From Chloroflexota bacterium (GTDB taxonomy: Bacteria; Chloroflexota; Limnocylindria; Limnocylindrales; CSP1-4), in the NCBI GenBank assembly GCA_030447745.1, contig JAUJOH010000003.1, forward strand, positions 38,727 to 102,726: 64,000 nt of DNA. The letters are read 5' to 3'. The stretch's first letter is position 1. Each line of letters opens with the position of its first letter. A model generated the notes under the pieces. The model did no database searches, was not told where the DNA came from, and saw only the letters and a list, made by a program, of their open reading frames with translations. The position numbers were made by a program, and so were the translations under genes. Positions 18,088 to 27,974 of the stretch are shown here, in pieces.

Positions 18088-18905
18088 TCAACCACGGTCC
18101 GCTCCGGGCGGGATGCCGATGGGCGCGACGAGGATCCGTCCGGCCAGCGCCGCCCCGCGCCGGCTCAGGAGCCCGGTCTTCGGGCGGTGGAAGGTCACGG
18201 TCAGGTCGGCCGCGACCACGGGCTCGATGGTTTTCCGCCGGACGAGATCGACCGCGGTGGGGGTATCGACGGCGACGATCGGGATGCCGGCGGCGCGGGC
18301 GCGTCGAGTGAGCTCGACGGCGGACCGGACGGGGTCGCGGAGGACGCCGCGAATGCCCGATCCGAGCAGGGCGTCGACCACGACGGCGTGCCCTTCTCGA
18401 TCCCCTGGCCGAGAATCGCCACGTCGCGTGCGACAGGGTATGGAGGCGGGTCACGCGGTGGTCGCCGTCGAGGCGGTCCCAGTTGCGCCCGGCATCCGTT
18501 CCGCTCGGGTGCGGCTCCGATGCCACGAACGCGACGACGACGTCCGCACCGGCGCGCGCAAGCCGTCGAGCTGCCACGAACCCGTCGCCGCCGTTGTTGC
18601 CGGGGCCGCACAGGATCAGAGCGGCCCCCGGCCCCAGCGCTCCTGGTCGACGGCAAGCGCGCGGACGGCGGCAGCGACGGCCGTTCCGGCGTGTTCCATC
18701 AGCCGCTGGGTCGGCATGCCGAGGGCTTCGGCGCGCCGGTCCGTGCCGCGCATGGCCTCGGCCGTGATCGGGCCGCGAGCCGCCGCGGCGGCCCATCGCC
18801 GCCGGAGCCCGCGGAGATCGAGCTCCCAGATCGCGCCGTCTTCGGCCGGTGGCGGCGGATCCGCTGACCCGGAGGCGTGAGCGGGAGATCGGGCTTAGTC
18901 GCCAT
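18088..18905 (-). pseudogene. NAD(P)H-hydrate epimerase (YjeF N-terminal domain) gene, multiply frameshifted
   Basis: Pieces lie in three frames: MATKPDLPL.., LILCGPGNNGGDGFVAARRLARAGADVVV (hallmark motif), RDVAILGQGIEKG, VDALLGSGIRGVLRDP..VTFHRPKTGL. The span is 818 nt, which is not a multiple of 3. Confidence 0.6.
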
Positions 18906-19026
18906 GGTCGGGAGAGCGTAGCGGAGTGGTTCCGCGCCACCATCGGGCAACCGAGCGTCTCCTCGGTCGTCTGCTCAGCGACACCGTCGTATGCCGCGCC
19001 GGAAGCTCACGCGCGCTCGATTGCCT

Positions 19027-19600
19027 CTACACCAGCGTCGGCCGAGGCGTCCCGAACGCCCCCGGCGTCCCAAGCTTCGCGACGGGCGCGTCGTCATACC
19101 CGAGTTCCCGGAGGATTGGCGACCGCGACGTAGCCGTCCGCCTTCGTGAAAAACTGGAACGGCACGACGCTCCGATGCGCGGACATCTGGTGGCGCGGTG
19201 ACGAAACCGCTCGTGATATACCCGTGGCGGGTAGCTGAGCATCGCCGGCCCAGAGTCGCGGAGGTTCGTGTCGACTGTCGAGGCCCTGCCCGGTCTTGGG
19301 CGCGTCCAGGAGCGCGACGAGGAGCCCGAGGACCGCCGTGAGACCGCCGATGTCGGCAAGCGACAGCCCGCTCTTGTCGGAGGCGCGTCCGGTGTCCCGG
19401 TGAGCGAGGCCGATCTCGCTTCCGCCTGGATCCTAGAGTCATAGCCAGGTAGCCGAGCGCCGTCGCCCTCCCGCCCGTAGCCGGTCGGCGCGACGCGAGC
19501 TCCGACGCCTGATTGGAACAGACTCCGCCGCGACAGCTTCGGCGGACTGACCACGCCGGTCCCTTGTGCCACGCACGGAACCCCTCTACCCTGCTGGTCG
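19027..19600 (-). pseudogene. family III (CaiB/BaiF) CoA-transferase fragment, 5'-truncated and frameshifted
   Basis: GYDSRIQAEARSASLTGTPDAPPTRAG (frame A), then LSLADIGGLTAVLGLLVALLDAPKTGQG (frame B), then VDTNLRDS...ILRELGYDDAPVAKL (frame A). No N-terminal Rossmann-like half lies before the LacI-like gene end at 19627. The upper boundary is approximate. Confidence 0.4.
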
Positions 19601-19626
19601 CCCCTTGACCTGCCCGGCGGTCCGCG

Positions 19627-20642
19627 TCAGATGCGCCGGGTCGACCCGCGCAGGATGAGTTCCGGCGCCTCGTCAATCATCAGGTCACGGTCGTCGTGAC
19701 CATCAATTGCGTCCAGCAACAGCCTTACGGTCCGCCCCCATCCGGAAATTCGGCATGCGGACGGTGCTCAGGGGTGGATCCAGGTGCGCCGCCAGCTCGT
19801 GATCGTTGAAGGCGATGACTGACATGTCGGCTGGCACCTCCAAGCCACCCGTCCGGATGCCCGTCAGCACGCCGATGGCCCCAGCAAGCTCGCCACGAAC
19901 AGCGCCGTCGGCCGGGCGGCTGGGTCCAGTCGCAGGATGGACTCCAGGGCACCCTTACCACCGGCCAGCGTTGGCGCACCGCTGACGACCCAGGAGGGGT
20001 CCACCGTCAGGCCGGCCGCAACCATCGCGGTCCGGAAGCCGTGCTCTCGTCGCCGGGCCGTATCCGTCGGCCGCCAGCCCGACGTACCCGATCCGGCGAT
20101 GACCAAGACCGACCAGATGATCGATCGCGAGGAAGCTCCCCGCTCGTCGTCGACGACGACGGAGCCGTGGACGCCGGCCGTGCGCCGATTGACCAGGACG
20201 AGGGGGATGCCCGCTCGGCCAGCTGTGTCACGAGGTGGTCGTCAAGGGTCGCGAAAGCGACGATGAGGCCGTCCGACCGTCCGTTGCGAGGCGCGCATAG
20301 ACTTCCTCGGTATCGCCGTCCACGCCCGCTCGCTCCAGCCCCGCCGCCTCCACGACGACGACAAGTCGACCCCGCCGCGGCGGCAGCCGCTTGGATCCTG
20401 TGCGTGACCTCGCTGAAGCCGAGGTCTTCGAGGCTCGGGATGATCAGGCCGAGGGTGTCCGTGCGGCGGGTCGGCAGCGCGCGCGCAAGCGCGTTGGGCC
20501 GGTATTGCAGGCGCTGAGAGGCGGCCAGGATCTGGTCGCGGGTCTCCGGTCGACGGCCTGGCATCGGATCGCCGCGCAGAACGCGCGACACCGTCGAAGG
20601 ATCCACCTCCGCGAGCTTCGCAACGTCCCTCAGGGTCGCCAC
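19627..20642 (-). pseudogene. LacI-family transcriptional regulator gene, multiply frameshifted
   Basis: The N-terminal HTH is intact (MATLRDVAKLAEVDPSTVSRVLRG..YRPNALARAL). The sugar-binding core is scattered over three frames (..DGLIVAFATLDDHLV.., ..PTALFVASLL|GAIGVLTGIRTGGLEVPADMSVIAFND.., ..LLLDAIDGHDDRDLMIDEAPELILRGSTRRI*). Length is 1016 nt. Confidence 0.7.
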
Positions 20643-20646
20643 GCCG

Positions 20647-22376
20647 TCAGGCCGGAGCCCGGGCGGGTGCCTCGCCGATCACGCCACCCGCCACCTGGGC
20701 GTCGAGCTCCGCGTCGGTGTAGCCCAGTTCATCCCGCAGGATCGCACGGTTATCCTGGCCGAGGTGGCCGCCCAGATGACGAACGCGGCCGGCGTATCGA
20801 CCAGGCGCGGGATGGCGTTCTGCACGCGCGCCGGGCCAAGGATCGGATCCTCCACGGTCGTAATTGTCTCGCGCGCGAGGTATTGCGGGTCCTCGAAGAT
20901 GTCGGCGATCGAATAGATCGGGCCGATGACCGCTTCCTCCGCCTCGAATGCGGCCTGAACTTCCGCGCCGGTGTGCTTCGATATCCAGCCGCCGATCAGT
21001 CGATCCAGCTCCTTCTGGTGCTCGACCTGGCCGGTGTGATCGGCAAACCACGGTTCCCGGATCACTTCCGGATGGCCGACGAGACGCATGACTCGCTCGG
21101 CAATCGACTGCGAGCTGGCGGACAGACCCAGCCACTTGCCGTCGGAGGACTGGTAGGCATTGCGCGGCGCGGTCCATTCCGTGCTGCTGCCGGTCCGACT
21201 CTTGACATAGCCGAGCTGGTCGTACACCAGCGCTTGAGGACCCAGTGAAATAGAAAAGCGGCTCGTAGATGGCGAGATCGATCACTTGACCGGGCGCCTG
21301 GTGCTGATCGCGGTGATAGAGCGCAAACATCGCGGCGAATGTGCCGAAGAGCGAGGCGACCCCGTCACCGAGCGCGAACGGAGGAAGTGGGTGGGCCGTC
21401 CGGCTGGCCGTTGATGTGGGCGAAGCCGCTCATCGACTCCGCTACGGTGCCGAATCCCGGACGGGGCGAGTACGGCCCGGTCTGCCCGAAACCGGACGTC
21501 CGAACGATGACCAGCTTGGGGTTGAGCGCGTGGAGGACGTCTGGGCCGATTCCCAGCGCCCATTGTCCCGGGTCGGTAGCTCTCGATCAGGACGTCGGCA
21601 CCGGTGACGAGTTCGCGCAGCACCTGCGCGCCTTCGGGCTTGCTGAAATCGATCGAGACGAGGCGCTTGTTGCGGCTCACAAACGCCCACCAGAGCGAGA
21701 CGTCCTCCTTCTTCCAGCCGAGCGTCCGCAGCGCATCACCGCGCGGATGTTCCACCTTGATGACGTCCGCTCCAAAGTCGGCCAGCAGGGTGCCGATGAC
21801 CGGCCCCGCGAACAGGACACCAGCGTCGATGACGCGTAGGCCGGCCAGCGGGCGGGAGGCGAGGGCGCCGTCACCCGGCCGGTCGTCATGGAGGTGGCGG
21901 GACGCCTGCTCAGCGGCGTACTCGGCGAACGTGCGGCGGGTCTCGATGAGCTCGCGGATCCCGTCGGGGTCTATCAGATAGACTGCCCGGCCGCCCTCGT
22001 TCGGGCCGATCGTGGGCGTCACGGGCGGCGAGACGGAGCGGACGCCGCTCGCGACGAGATCGGCGTACAGCGAGTCGAGATCGTCGACAAAGAACGCGAT
22101 GTGCGCCGTCCCGGGGTTGGCGGTCGCCGGGTCGATCGGCGTCCGCTGGACGTTCCGGTAATCGAGCAACTCCAGGACCACCTCCGTGCCCGGCAGCCGC
22201 AGGACCGCTGCGTGGATGTCGGCCTCCGGATAGCCGACCAGCTCGCGGATGTAGGCCGCCTGAGGGTTCCAGGCGAAGATCACATCGAAGCCGAGCGTGT
22301 TGCGGTAGAACGCGACCGAGCGATCGAGGTCTGCGACCTGAAGCCCCATGTGGTGGGCCTTGGTGATGGAAGCCAT
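20647..22376 (-). pseudogene. VOC (glyoxalase-fold) domain fused to family III CoA-transferase, at least 5 frameshifts
   Basis: The VOC N-terminus is intact (MASITKAHHMGLQVADLDRSVAFY..). The CoA-transferase core continues across frames: ..VIKVEHPRGD..ESYRPGTM | GIGPDVLHALNPKLVIVRTSGFGQTGPY | ..MFALYHRDQHQAPGQVIDLAIYEPLF | ..YDQLGYVKSRTGSS.. | ..ILRDELGYTDAELD.. Confidence 0.7.
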
Positions 22377-22400
22377 GGCGATGCAGTGCTCTCCTGTCGT

Positions 22401-23567
22401 CTAGAGGTCCTCGAGAAGGCCGTCGGGATCGCTGATCTGCTGCGTCGCGATCCAAGCCGGATCCACCAGCACACCCAGACCAGGCGAATCCGACAGGGGA
22501 TCCATCAAGCCGTCGCGAACGACGGGCTGGGCGAGGCTGTCGTCCATGGGGTGGACACCGGTGCCAGGGACGCCCCACTCGATCGGGGCGTCCGTCTGAC
22601 CGAGCCCGGCGAGGACCTGGGAATGAATGTGGGGAAACATGTGCGGCGCTACCCGGACGCCGGCCGCGACGGCCCTCCCGACGATCGGACGCAGCCTCGT
22701 GATCCCGCCGTTGGTCGTGGCATCGACGCGCAGGACATCGATGGCGTTGGCAGCCAGGAGCGCTTCCGGATGGTATGAGCCACCCTGCTCATCCCCCATC
22801 GCGACTGGTGTTTCGATCGCCGCCCGGACCTCGGCGACCATCCCGGCGTCACCGGGCGGCACGATATCCTCGAACCAGCCGAGCTCGAGGCCGTCCAACC
22901 GCCGGCCGAAAGCGATCGCGTCGACGGCTGTCTTGCTGAAGAAGTTGTTGTCGACGCCGAGCCAGGCATCGGGAAACGCCTCGCGCGCCGCGCGCAAACG
23001 CGCGATCGACCCGTCCGGCGTCGGGGCGATCGGAAGCTTGAACCGCCGCCAACCCCTGGTCCACAGTTCGGCGATCTGGTCCACAGTGGCGGCCGGCGAA
23101 ATCGACGGCGGGTAGCCGACGATCCCGGTCACCGGCATCGCTACCCGCTTGCCGCCGAGGAACTCCGTCATGTTGCGACCTGCTGACTTCGCCGCGAGGT
23201 CCCAAGCCGCGACATCGACGACGGACATGGCGCGCATTCCGAGCCCGGCGGCGTGGACCGCGTTGTTGGCCCACAGCGCTCCATGGAAAGCGCCGCTGGG
23301 ATCGTCCACCGAGCGCGAGACGTAGAGGGGGGCGATTGTCCGGGCCACGAGAGCGGCCAACGGGCCGTCGCGGGTGAGGCAATAGGCGAATCCGCGCAGA
23401 CCGCTCTCGGAATCGATCCCCACGAGGGCAAACTCGCGGTGACGCATCACCCACGTGCCGAAGGTGATTGCAGTCTCGAGCTTATGGAGGACCGTAACGA
23501 CCCGGACCGAAGTGATGCGGTCGACCTCGCCCGCCTTCGGGACGATCGTGTCCTGCCGTTTGCTCAT
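22401..23567 (-). CDS. enolase-superfamily enzyme (mandelate racemase/muconate lactonizing family), paralog 1
   Basis: MSKRQDTIV.. start. The barrel region has ..GVDNN.., ..GWFEDIV.., ..AMGDEQGG.. metal-ligand-like positions. The start overlaps the upstream SDR stop (ATGA). Confidence 0.8.
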   Translation of the reverse strand: MSKRQDTIVPKAGEVDRITSVRVVTVLHKLETAITFGTWVMRHREFALVGIDSESGLRGFAYCLTRDGPLAALVARTIAPLYVSRSVDDPSGAFHGALWANNAVHAAGLGMRAMSVVDVAAWDLAAKSAGRNMTEFLGGKRVAMPVTGIVGYPPSISPAATVDQIAELWTRGWRRFKLPIAPTPDGSIARLRAAREAFPDAWLGVDNNFFSKTAVDAIAFGRRLDGLELGWFEDIVPPGDAGMVAEVRAAIETPVAMGDEQGGSYHPEALLAANAIDVLRVDATTNGGITRLRPIVGRAVAAGVRVAPHMFPHIHSQVLAGLGQTDAPIEWGVPGTGVHPMDDSLAQPVVRDGLMDPLSDSPGLGVLVDPAWIATQQISDPDGLLEDL

Positions 23568-24373
23568 GCTGCCAGGTACCCGTCGTCGCACATGAGCGTG
23601 TGACCAGTGACCAGGTCGCTCGCGTCGCTGGCCAGGAAAACTGCCGCGCCGATGAGTTCGCGCGGCAAGCCGAGCCGCGGCCGGAGCATCCGTGCCCTGA
23701 TGAAGTCAGCGGTGAGGGATGTTCGCTGAGCGGCCATCCGGGTCAGCGGCGACTCCATCAGCGTGGGGCCGATGGCGTTCACTCGGATTCCGCGATCGCG
23801 CCACTCGAGCGCGAGTCCCCGGGTGACGCCGAGGACGCCACCCTTCGACGCGAGGTAGGCGCTCGCCCATGGGTAGCCGACGAACGATCCGATCGATCCC
23901 AGGTTGATGATGCTGCCCTTGCGCTGCGCGAGCATTTTGCGGCCGAAGGCCTGGCAGCACAGGTACGTGCCCTTGAGGTTGAGGTTGAGGATGAAGTCGA
24001 ACTTCTCCTCGGGAAAGTCTTCGGCAGGCGCGCGGAAAGCGGAACCGGCCGAATTGACCAAGATGTCGACCCGCCCATAGGTGGCGACCACGTGGTCGGC
24101 GGCCGCATCGACGTCCGTCTTGTCGGTCACATCGAGGTGGAGCGTTTCGGCCGATCCACCTTGTGCGGCAATCGTCGCCTTCGTTGCCGCCGACCCGACA
24201 TCGTTGATGTCCGCGATCACCACCCGCACCCCGGCCTGTCCGTAGCCGATAGCGATGGCCGCACCGAGCCCGCTCCCCCCGCCGGTCACGACTGCGACAC
24301 GATCACGGAGATCGAACAGCGTGGCAAGGTAGTCGGCTGGGATCGTGAGACGGTCGTCGGTCGCTGCGTCCAT
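23564..24373 (-). CDS. short-chain dehydrogenase/reductase (SDR)
   Basis: TGGGSGLG cofactor motif and the YxxxK site in ASAYLASKGG. Trimmed to MDAATDDRL. Confidence 0.85.
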   Translation of the reverse strand: MDAATDDRLTIPADYLATLFDLRDRVAVVTGGGSGLGAAIAIGYGQAGVRVVIADINDVGSAATKATIAAQGGSAETLHLDVTDKTDVDAAADHVVATYGRVDILVNSAGSAFRAPAEDFPEEKFDFILNLNLKGTYLCCQAFGRKMLAQRKGSIINLGSIGSFVGYPWASAYLASKGGVLGVTRGLALEWRDRGIRVNAIGPTLMESPLTRMAAQRTSLTADFIRARMLRPRLGLPRELIGAAVFLASDASDLVTGHTLMCDDGYLAA

Positions 24374-25419
24374 CAACGGGCTCCGTCTGCCATGTCCTGA
24401 GCGGCCGTGCCGGTCACGGCGCGCACCTGTACCGCGAAAGGTCGCACCTCGCCGGGCTGGATCGGCTGACTGGCCCCCGAACGGGCCTCCTCGACACGCC
24501 CCAGGAGCCCGCAATTGGCGGGCTCCAGGCCGGTCAGGTAGAGGCCTTCGCCGAGCATCCGCCACTGCCAAAGTCGAGGCAGCTGGCGCCGATCGTAGGT
24601 GACGGCGACGCCGAGACCTCCGGTGGGTCCGTGCGCCGGATCAACCACGGCGATGGTCACGTGCGCGGGTGCGTCCGCCGGCAGATGGTGTTCAAAGACT
24701 TGGACCGCGGCGTGCGGGGCAGGGCTGTGGAACGTGGCGTGGTCCGCTTCGGCGGCCCGTGATGCTTCGTCCCACCCCTCGACCCGCTCCGCGGGCGAGA
24801 CCAGCCGCGACGTCGGCGCGATGACCGGGTGCCCGAGGTTTACGTGGTACAGCAGATAGACCGGCGCCGGGGTATAGCCGCGGTTCTCGACCCGATCGTC
24901 GATCTCCACGGCCGCGGATCCGACACGAAACGTCAGGCGGCGGTGAAGGACGAGGTCCACGCCGTAGACCGAAGTCTCCCTGACCGAGCCCTTGACGACG
25001 ACGGCGACGCCGAGGTCGTCTTCGATGACCGCCGCCACTACGTCGCGGGCCGGCAGATTCGAGACGCGGCCGTGCAGACCGTGGAAGGCGTCGCCGTCCC
25101 GGACTGCCGACCCGACGTTCTGCAGGCCCGCGGTGAACATCAGGCCACCATGGAACGAGCGCAACCAGACGTCGTCCCCGAAGTACGCGGGGTGGACGAT
25201 GCCGGTGGGCGATTGCCAACTCAAGGGATACCCCGCGAACCAGGCCGGGCCGATGTCCAGTCCGCGGTCCAAGAGGACTAGCGCATGGATCCCGCCGGCG
25301 ACTCGGACGTCCACGGCACGGACACCGTCCTCCGACCCGTCGGCGAGACGGATCGCGCGCGCACTGGCGACCTGCGACGTGTCGCCCAACTCTGGCCGTC
25401 GGGGGGCCCCGAGCGTCAC
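24373..25419 (-). CDS. aldose-1-epimerase-like protein (DUF4432 family)
   Basis: The sequence is family-like (..LLDRGLDIGPAWFAGYPLSWQSP.., ..FHGLHGRVSNLPA..). The GTG at 25419 gives a GTGA overlap with the upstream SDR stop, as elsewhere in this operon. ATG 25458 is the alternative start. Confidence 0.75.
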   Translation of the reverse strand: MTLGAPRRPELGDTSQVASARAIRLADGSEDGVRAVDVRVAGGIHALVLLDRGLDIGPAWFAGYPLSWQSPTGIVHPAYFGDDVWLRSFHGGLMFTAGLQNVGSAVRDGDAFHGLHGRVSNLPARDVVAAVIEDDLGVAVVVKGSVRETSVYGVDLVLHRRLTFRVGSAAVEIDDRVENRGYTPAPVYLLYHVNLGHPVIAPTSRLVSPAERVEGWDEASRAAEADHATFHSPAPHAAVQVFEHHLPADAPAHVTIAVVDPAHGPTGGLGVAVTYDRRQLPRLWQWRMLGEGLYLTGLEPANCGLLGRVEEARSGASQPIQPGEVRPFAVQVRAVTGTAAQDMADGAR

Positions 25420-26231
25420 GTCGCGGCGAGCCACGGTGGCGTGGTGTACGCGTCCCATGCCGCTCCCTTGCCGGCATCAATTGGGATGGCGGTCCCCGTG
25501 ATCCCCGTGGCCAGCGGCGAGACGAGGAACGCGATCATTGCCGCGATGTCGCGCGGGACCAGGACGCGTCCAAGCGGGTGTTTCGCCGCGTACGAGGCAA
25601 GCACGGCCGCACCGTCTGGGAGCGTCTCGAGTCGACCCTCGAGGAGCGGCGTGAGCGTCACGCTCGGGCAGACCGCGTTGACGGTGATGCCTTCCCTGGC
25701 GACATCGAGCGCGGCCGCGCGTGCGAGGTTCAGCAGGGCGCCCTTGGACGTGCAGTACGACGCCATGCCTGGTTCGGCCTGCAGTCCGTCGAGGCTCGAC
25801 AGCACGATGATCGCGCCATGACCCCGTCGGCGCATCTGCGGGATCGCTTCGCGGATCGCGAGGAACGACCCGCGGACGTTGACCGCCATGACCCGGTCGA
25901 AGTGGTCGACGCTCGTGGCGTCGATGGGCTGGTAATCGCCGAGGATCCCAGCGCACGCGACCACGACATCGAGGTCGCCGAGCTCCGCGCCGGCGGTCTT
26001 GAACGCTCGTTGCACGTCCACCTCTGAGGCCGCGTCACCGGCGATAGCCACCGACTTGCGGCCGATAGCTCGGATCCGATCGGCCGCGGCCTTGGCAGCT
26101 GCCGCGTTGATGTCGAAGACGGCCACGTCGGCGCCCAGATCGGCGATGGTCAATGCGGTCTCGAGACCAATCCCGGAACCGCCACCGGTTACGAGGCCGG
26201 CTGAGCCCCGGAGGTCCAGACCGGGGAACAT
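25416..26231 (-). CDS. short-chain dehydrogenase/reductase (SDR)
   Basis: TGGGSGIG motif and ASYCTSKGA (YxxxK). Trimmed to MFPGLDLRGS. Confidence 0.85.
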   Translation of the reverse strand: MFPGLDLRGSAGLVTGGGSGIGLETALTIADLGADVAVFDINAAAAKAAADRIRAIGRKSVAIAGDAASEVDVQRAFKTAGAELGDLDVVVACAGILGDYQPIDATSVDHFDRVMAVNVRGSFLAIREAIPQMRRRGHGAIIVLSSLDGLQAEPGMASYCTSKGALLNLARAAALDVAREGITVNAVCPSVTLTPLLEGRLETLPDGAAVLASYAAKHPLGRVLVPRDIAAMIAFLVSPLATGITGTAIPIDAGKGAAWDAYTTPPWLAAT

Positions 26232-26245
26232 GGTCCGCGACGCGC

Positions 26246-27121
26246 TCACCCGATCCTCCCAGGGACCAGCGCCTGGCCGGGCCGACCGAGGTCCAGCCGC
26301 CACAGCGCTCCGCCAAATGACGCGTCCGCGCTGTCGGCTGGTGTCCCCGAGTCGGTCAGGTAGAGGACCTCGCCGTCGAACGCGCAGTTCGTCGGTCCAC
26401 CCCCGATCGGGATGAAGTCCTCGACCACGCCGCCCGCGGACAGCACGTGGATGCCCTTGCCGACGATGTCCGTCACGTACAGGCGCCCATCTAGGCCGAT
26501 CTTGATGCCGTCGAGGATGGGGGTCTGGCCGGGCAATCGGCCCCAGTCCTCGATCGTGCCATCCGGCCTGCGACGGCGGACGTGACCGGTGTACGACTCG
26601 TCCCAGACGATCGTTCCGTCGTCGTAGACAGCGATGCCGTTCGGAAACACGGGCGTCTCGAAGGCGACGATGACGTGTCCCTGGCCGGACGGTTCCAGGC
26701 CGTAGATATAGCTCGGCTGGGGCGCCTTTGGGTCGTACGCCCCCGGGTCCGTGAAGAGCAGCCAGCCGTCGGGGCCGAAGACGAGGTCGTTCGGCCCGTT
26801 AAGCGCGATCCCCTCGATCTCGGTCGCGATGATCTCGGCGCGCGCGCCCTCGCGGTCGACCCGCTGGATGGATGCGCTCGTCATCTCGGCCGCGCGCCAC
26901 GGGCCGACGGTGCCTCCGTTCTGACACACGTAAACTGCGCCGTCAGAACCGAGCACGGACGAGTTCGGGGCGCCGGCGGTGTAGGCGTACCGCTCCACGC
27001 CGTCGGGGCTCCAGACCGTGAGCTGGCTCCGGTAGCTCTCGACGAACACGACCCGCCCGTCCGGAAGGACGGCGGGTCCCTCCGGCCAGCCGAGCCCGTC
27101 CGTGAGCTGTTCGCTCCGCAT
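26246..27121 (-). CDS. SMP-30/gluconolactonase/LRE-family lactonase
   Basis: Beta-propeller repeats have the family signature (..GWPEGPAVLPDGRV.., ..NGPNDLVFGPDG.., ..PNGIAV..). Confidence 0.8.
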   Translation of the reverse strand: MRSEQLTDGLGWPEGPAVLPDGRVVFVESYRSQLTVWSPDGVERYAYTAGAPNSSVLGSDGAVYVCQNGGTVGPWRAAEMTSASIQRVDREGARAEIIATEIEGIALNGPNDLVFGPDGWLLFTDPGAYDPKAPQPSYIYGLEPSGQGHVIVAFETPVFPNGIAVYDDGTIVWDESYTGHVRRRRPDGTIEDWGRLPGQTPILDGIKIGLDGRLYVTDIVGKGIHVLSAGGVVEDFIPIGGGPTNCAFDGEVLYLTDSGTPADSADASFGGALWRLDLGRPGQALVPGRIG

Positions 27122-27140
27122 GTCGCCTCCTGTCTGCTGG

Positions 27141-27974
27141 CTACCGCACGGCGCCGGACGTGATGCCTCGCACGATGTAGCGCTGGATGAACAGGGAGAA
27201 CAAGAAGATCGGAATGACCGTCACGATGCCCACGGTCGCGGCGATGTTCCAGTCGATGGGTCGCTGCGCGCTGACAAGTGTGGCCGCGCCGAGGGTCACG
27301 GTCTGCAGGCCCCGCGAGTTCACCACGTAAAGGGCGACCAGGAACTCGTTCCAGATGAAAATAGCCCCGAAGATCGCGGCCACGATCATCCCCGGCCGTG
27401 CCAGCGGCAGCAGGACACGCCAAAGGACTTCGACGCGGCCGCAGCCGTCCACGAGTGCAGCGTCGTCGATCTCCCTCGGTATCTCGTCGAAGAACCCGAT
27501 CATGATCCAGACGATGAGCGGGAGGGTGAACGCCACGTAGGGCAGGATCAGCCCCGGATAGCTGTTGCCGAGGCCCACACTCCGGACCATCAGGAAGATC
27601 GGGATGGCGACCGCGACCGGAGGCATGAACCGGAAGCTGAGGATCGTCGATGCCCAGGTGTTGCTGCCGCGGAACCGGAGCCGGGAAAAGGCGTATGCCG
27701 CGGGGACCGCGATCACGAGCGAGATGATCGTCGCGGTGCCCACGACGATCGCGGAGTTGAGCGCAAACCCGAGCATTCCCTGCGACTGGATCACCTCGCT
27801 GTAGTTTCGGGCCACGACCTCCCAATCGAAGTCCAAGCTGGGCGGAACCTCGGCAAGGATCTGAATCCGTCGTTTGCCCGACAGGACGAGGAGGTAGATG
27901 AACGGCGCGAACCCGAGAATCGCGATGACCGCGAGCAGCACGTAGGCCGCGCCGCGCTCCAATCGGCGGATCAC
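27141..27974 (-). CDS. carbohydrate ABC transporter permease (MalG-like)
   Basis: Six TM segments and an EAA-type loop (..DDAALVDGCGRVEVLWRVLLPLARPG..). Confidence 0.85.
   Translation of the reverse strand: MIRRLERGAAYVLLAVIAILGFAPFIYLLVLSGKRRIQILAEVPPSLDFDWEVVARNYSEVIQSQGMLGFALNSAIVVGTATIISLVIAVPAAYAFSRLRFRGSNTWASTILSFRFMPPVAVAIPIFLMVRSVGLGNSYPGLILPYVAFTLPLIVWIMIGFFDEIPREIDDAALVDGCGRVEVLWRVLLPLARPGMIVAAIFGAIFIWNEFLVALYVVNSRGLQTVTLGAATLVSAQRPIDWNIAATVGIVTVIPIFLFSLFIQRYIVRGITSGAVR

Noticed and set aside
17766-18095. 109-aa minus-strand ORF with one hydrophobic helix (..FHTPVAIAVLLVGTAWLLWRIG..) downstream of the YjeF_N pseudogene.
   Set aside because: The flanks are Arg/Ser-rich nonsense-like sequence, and another frame reads equally protein-like over part of the span. 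Given the local frame chaos, a reliable call is not possible.
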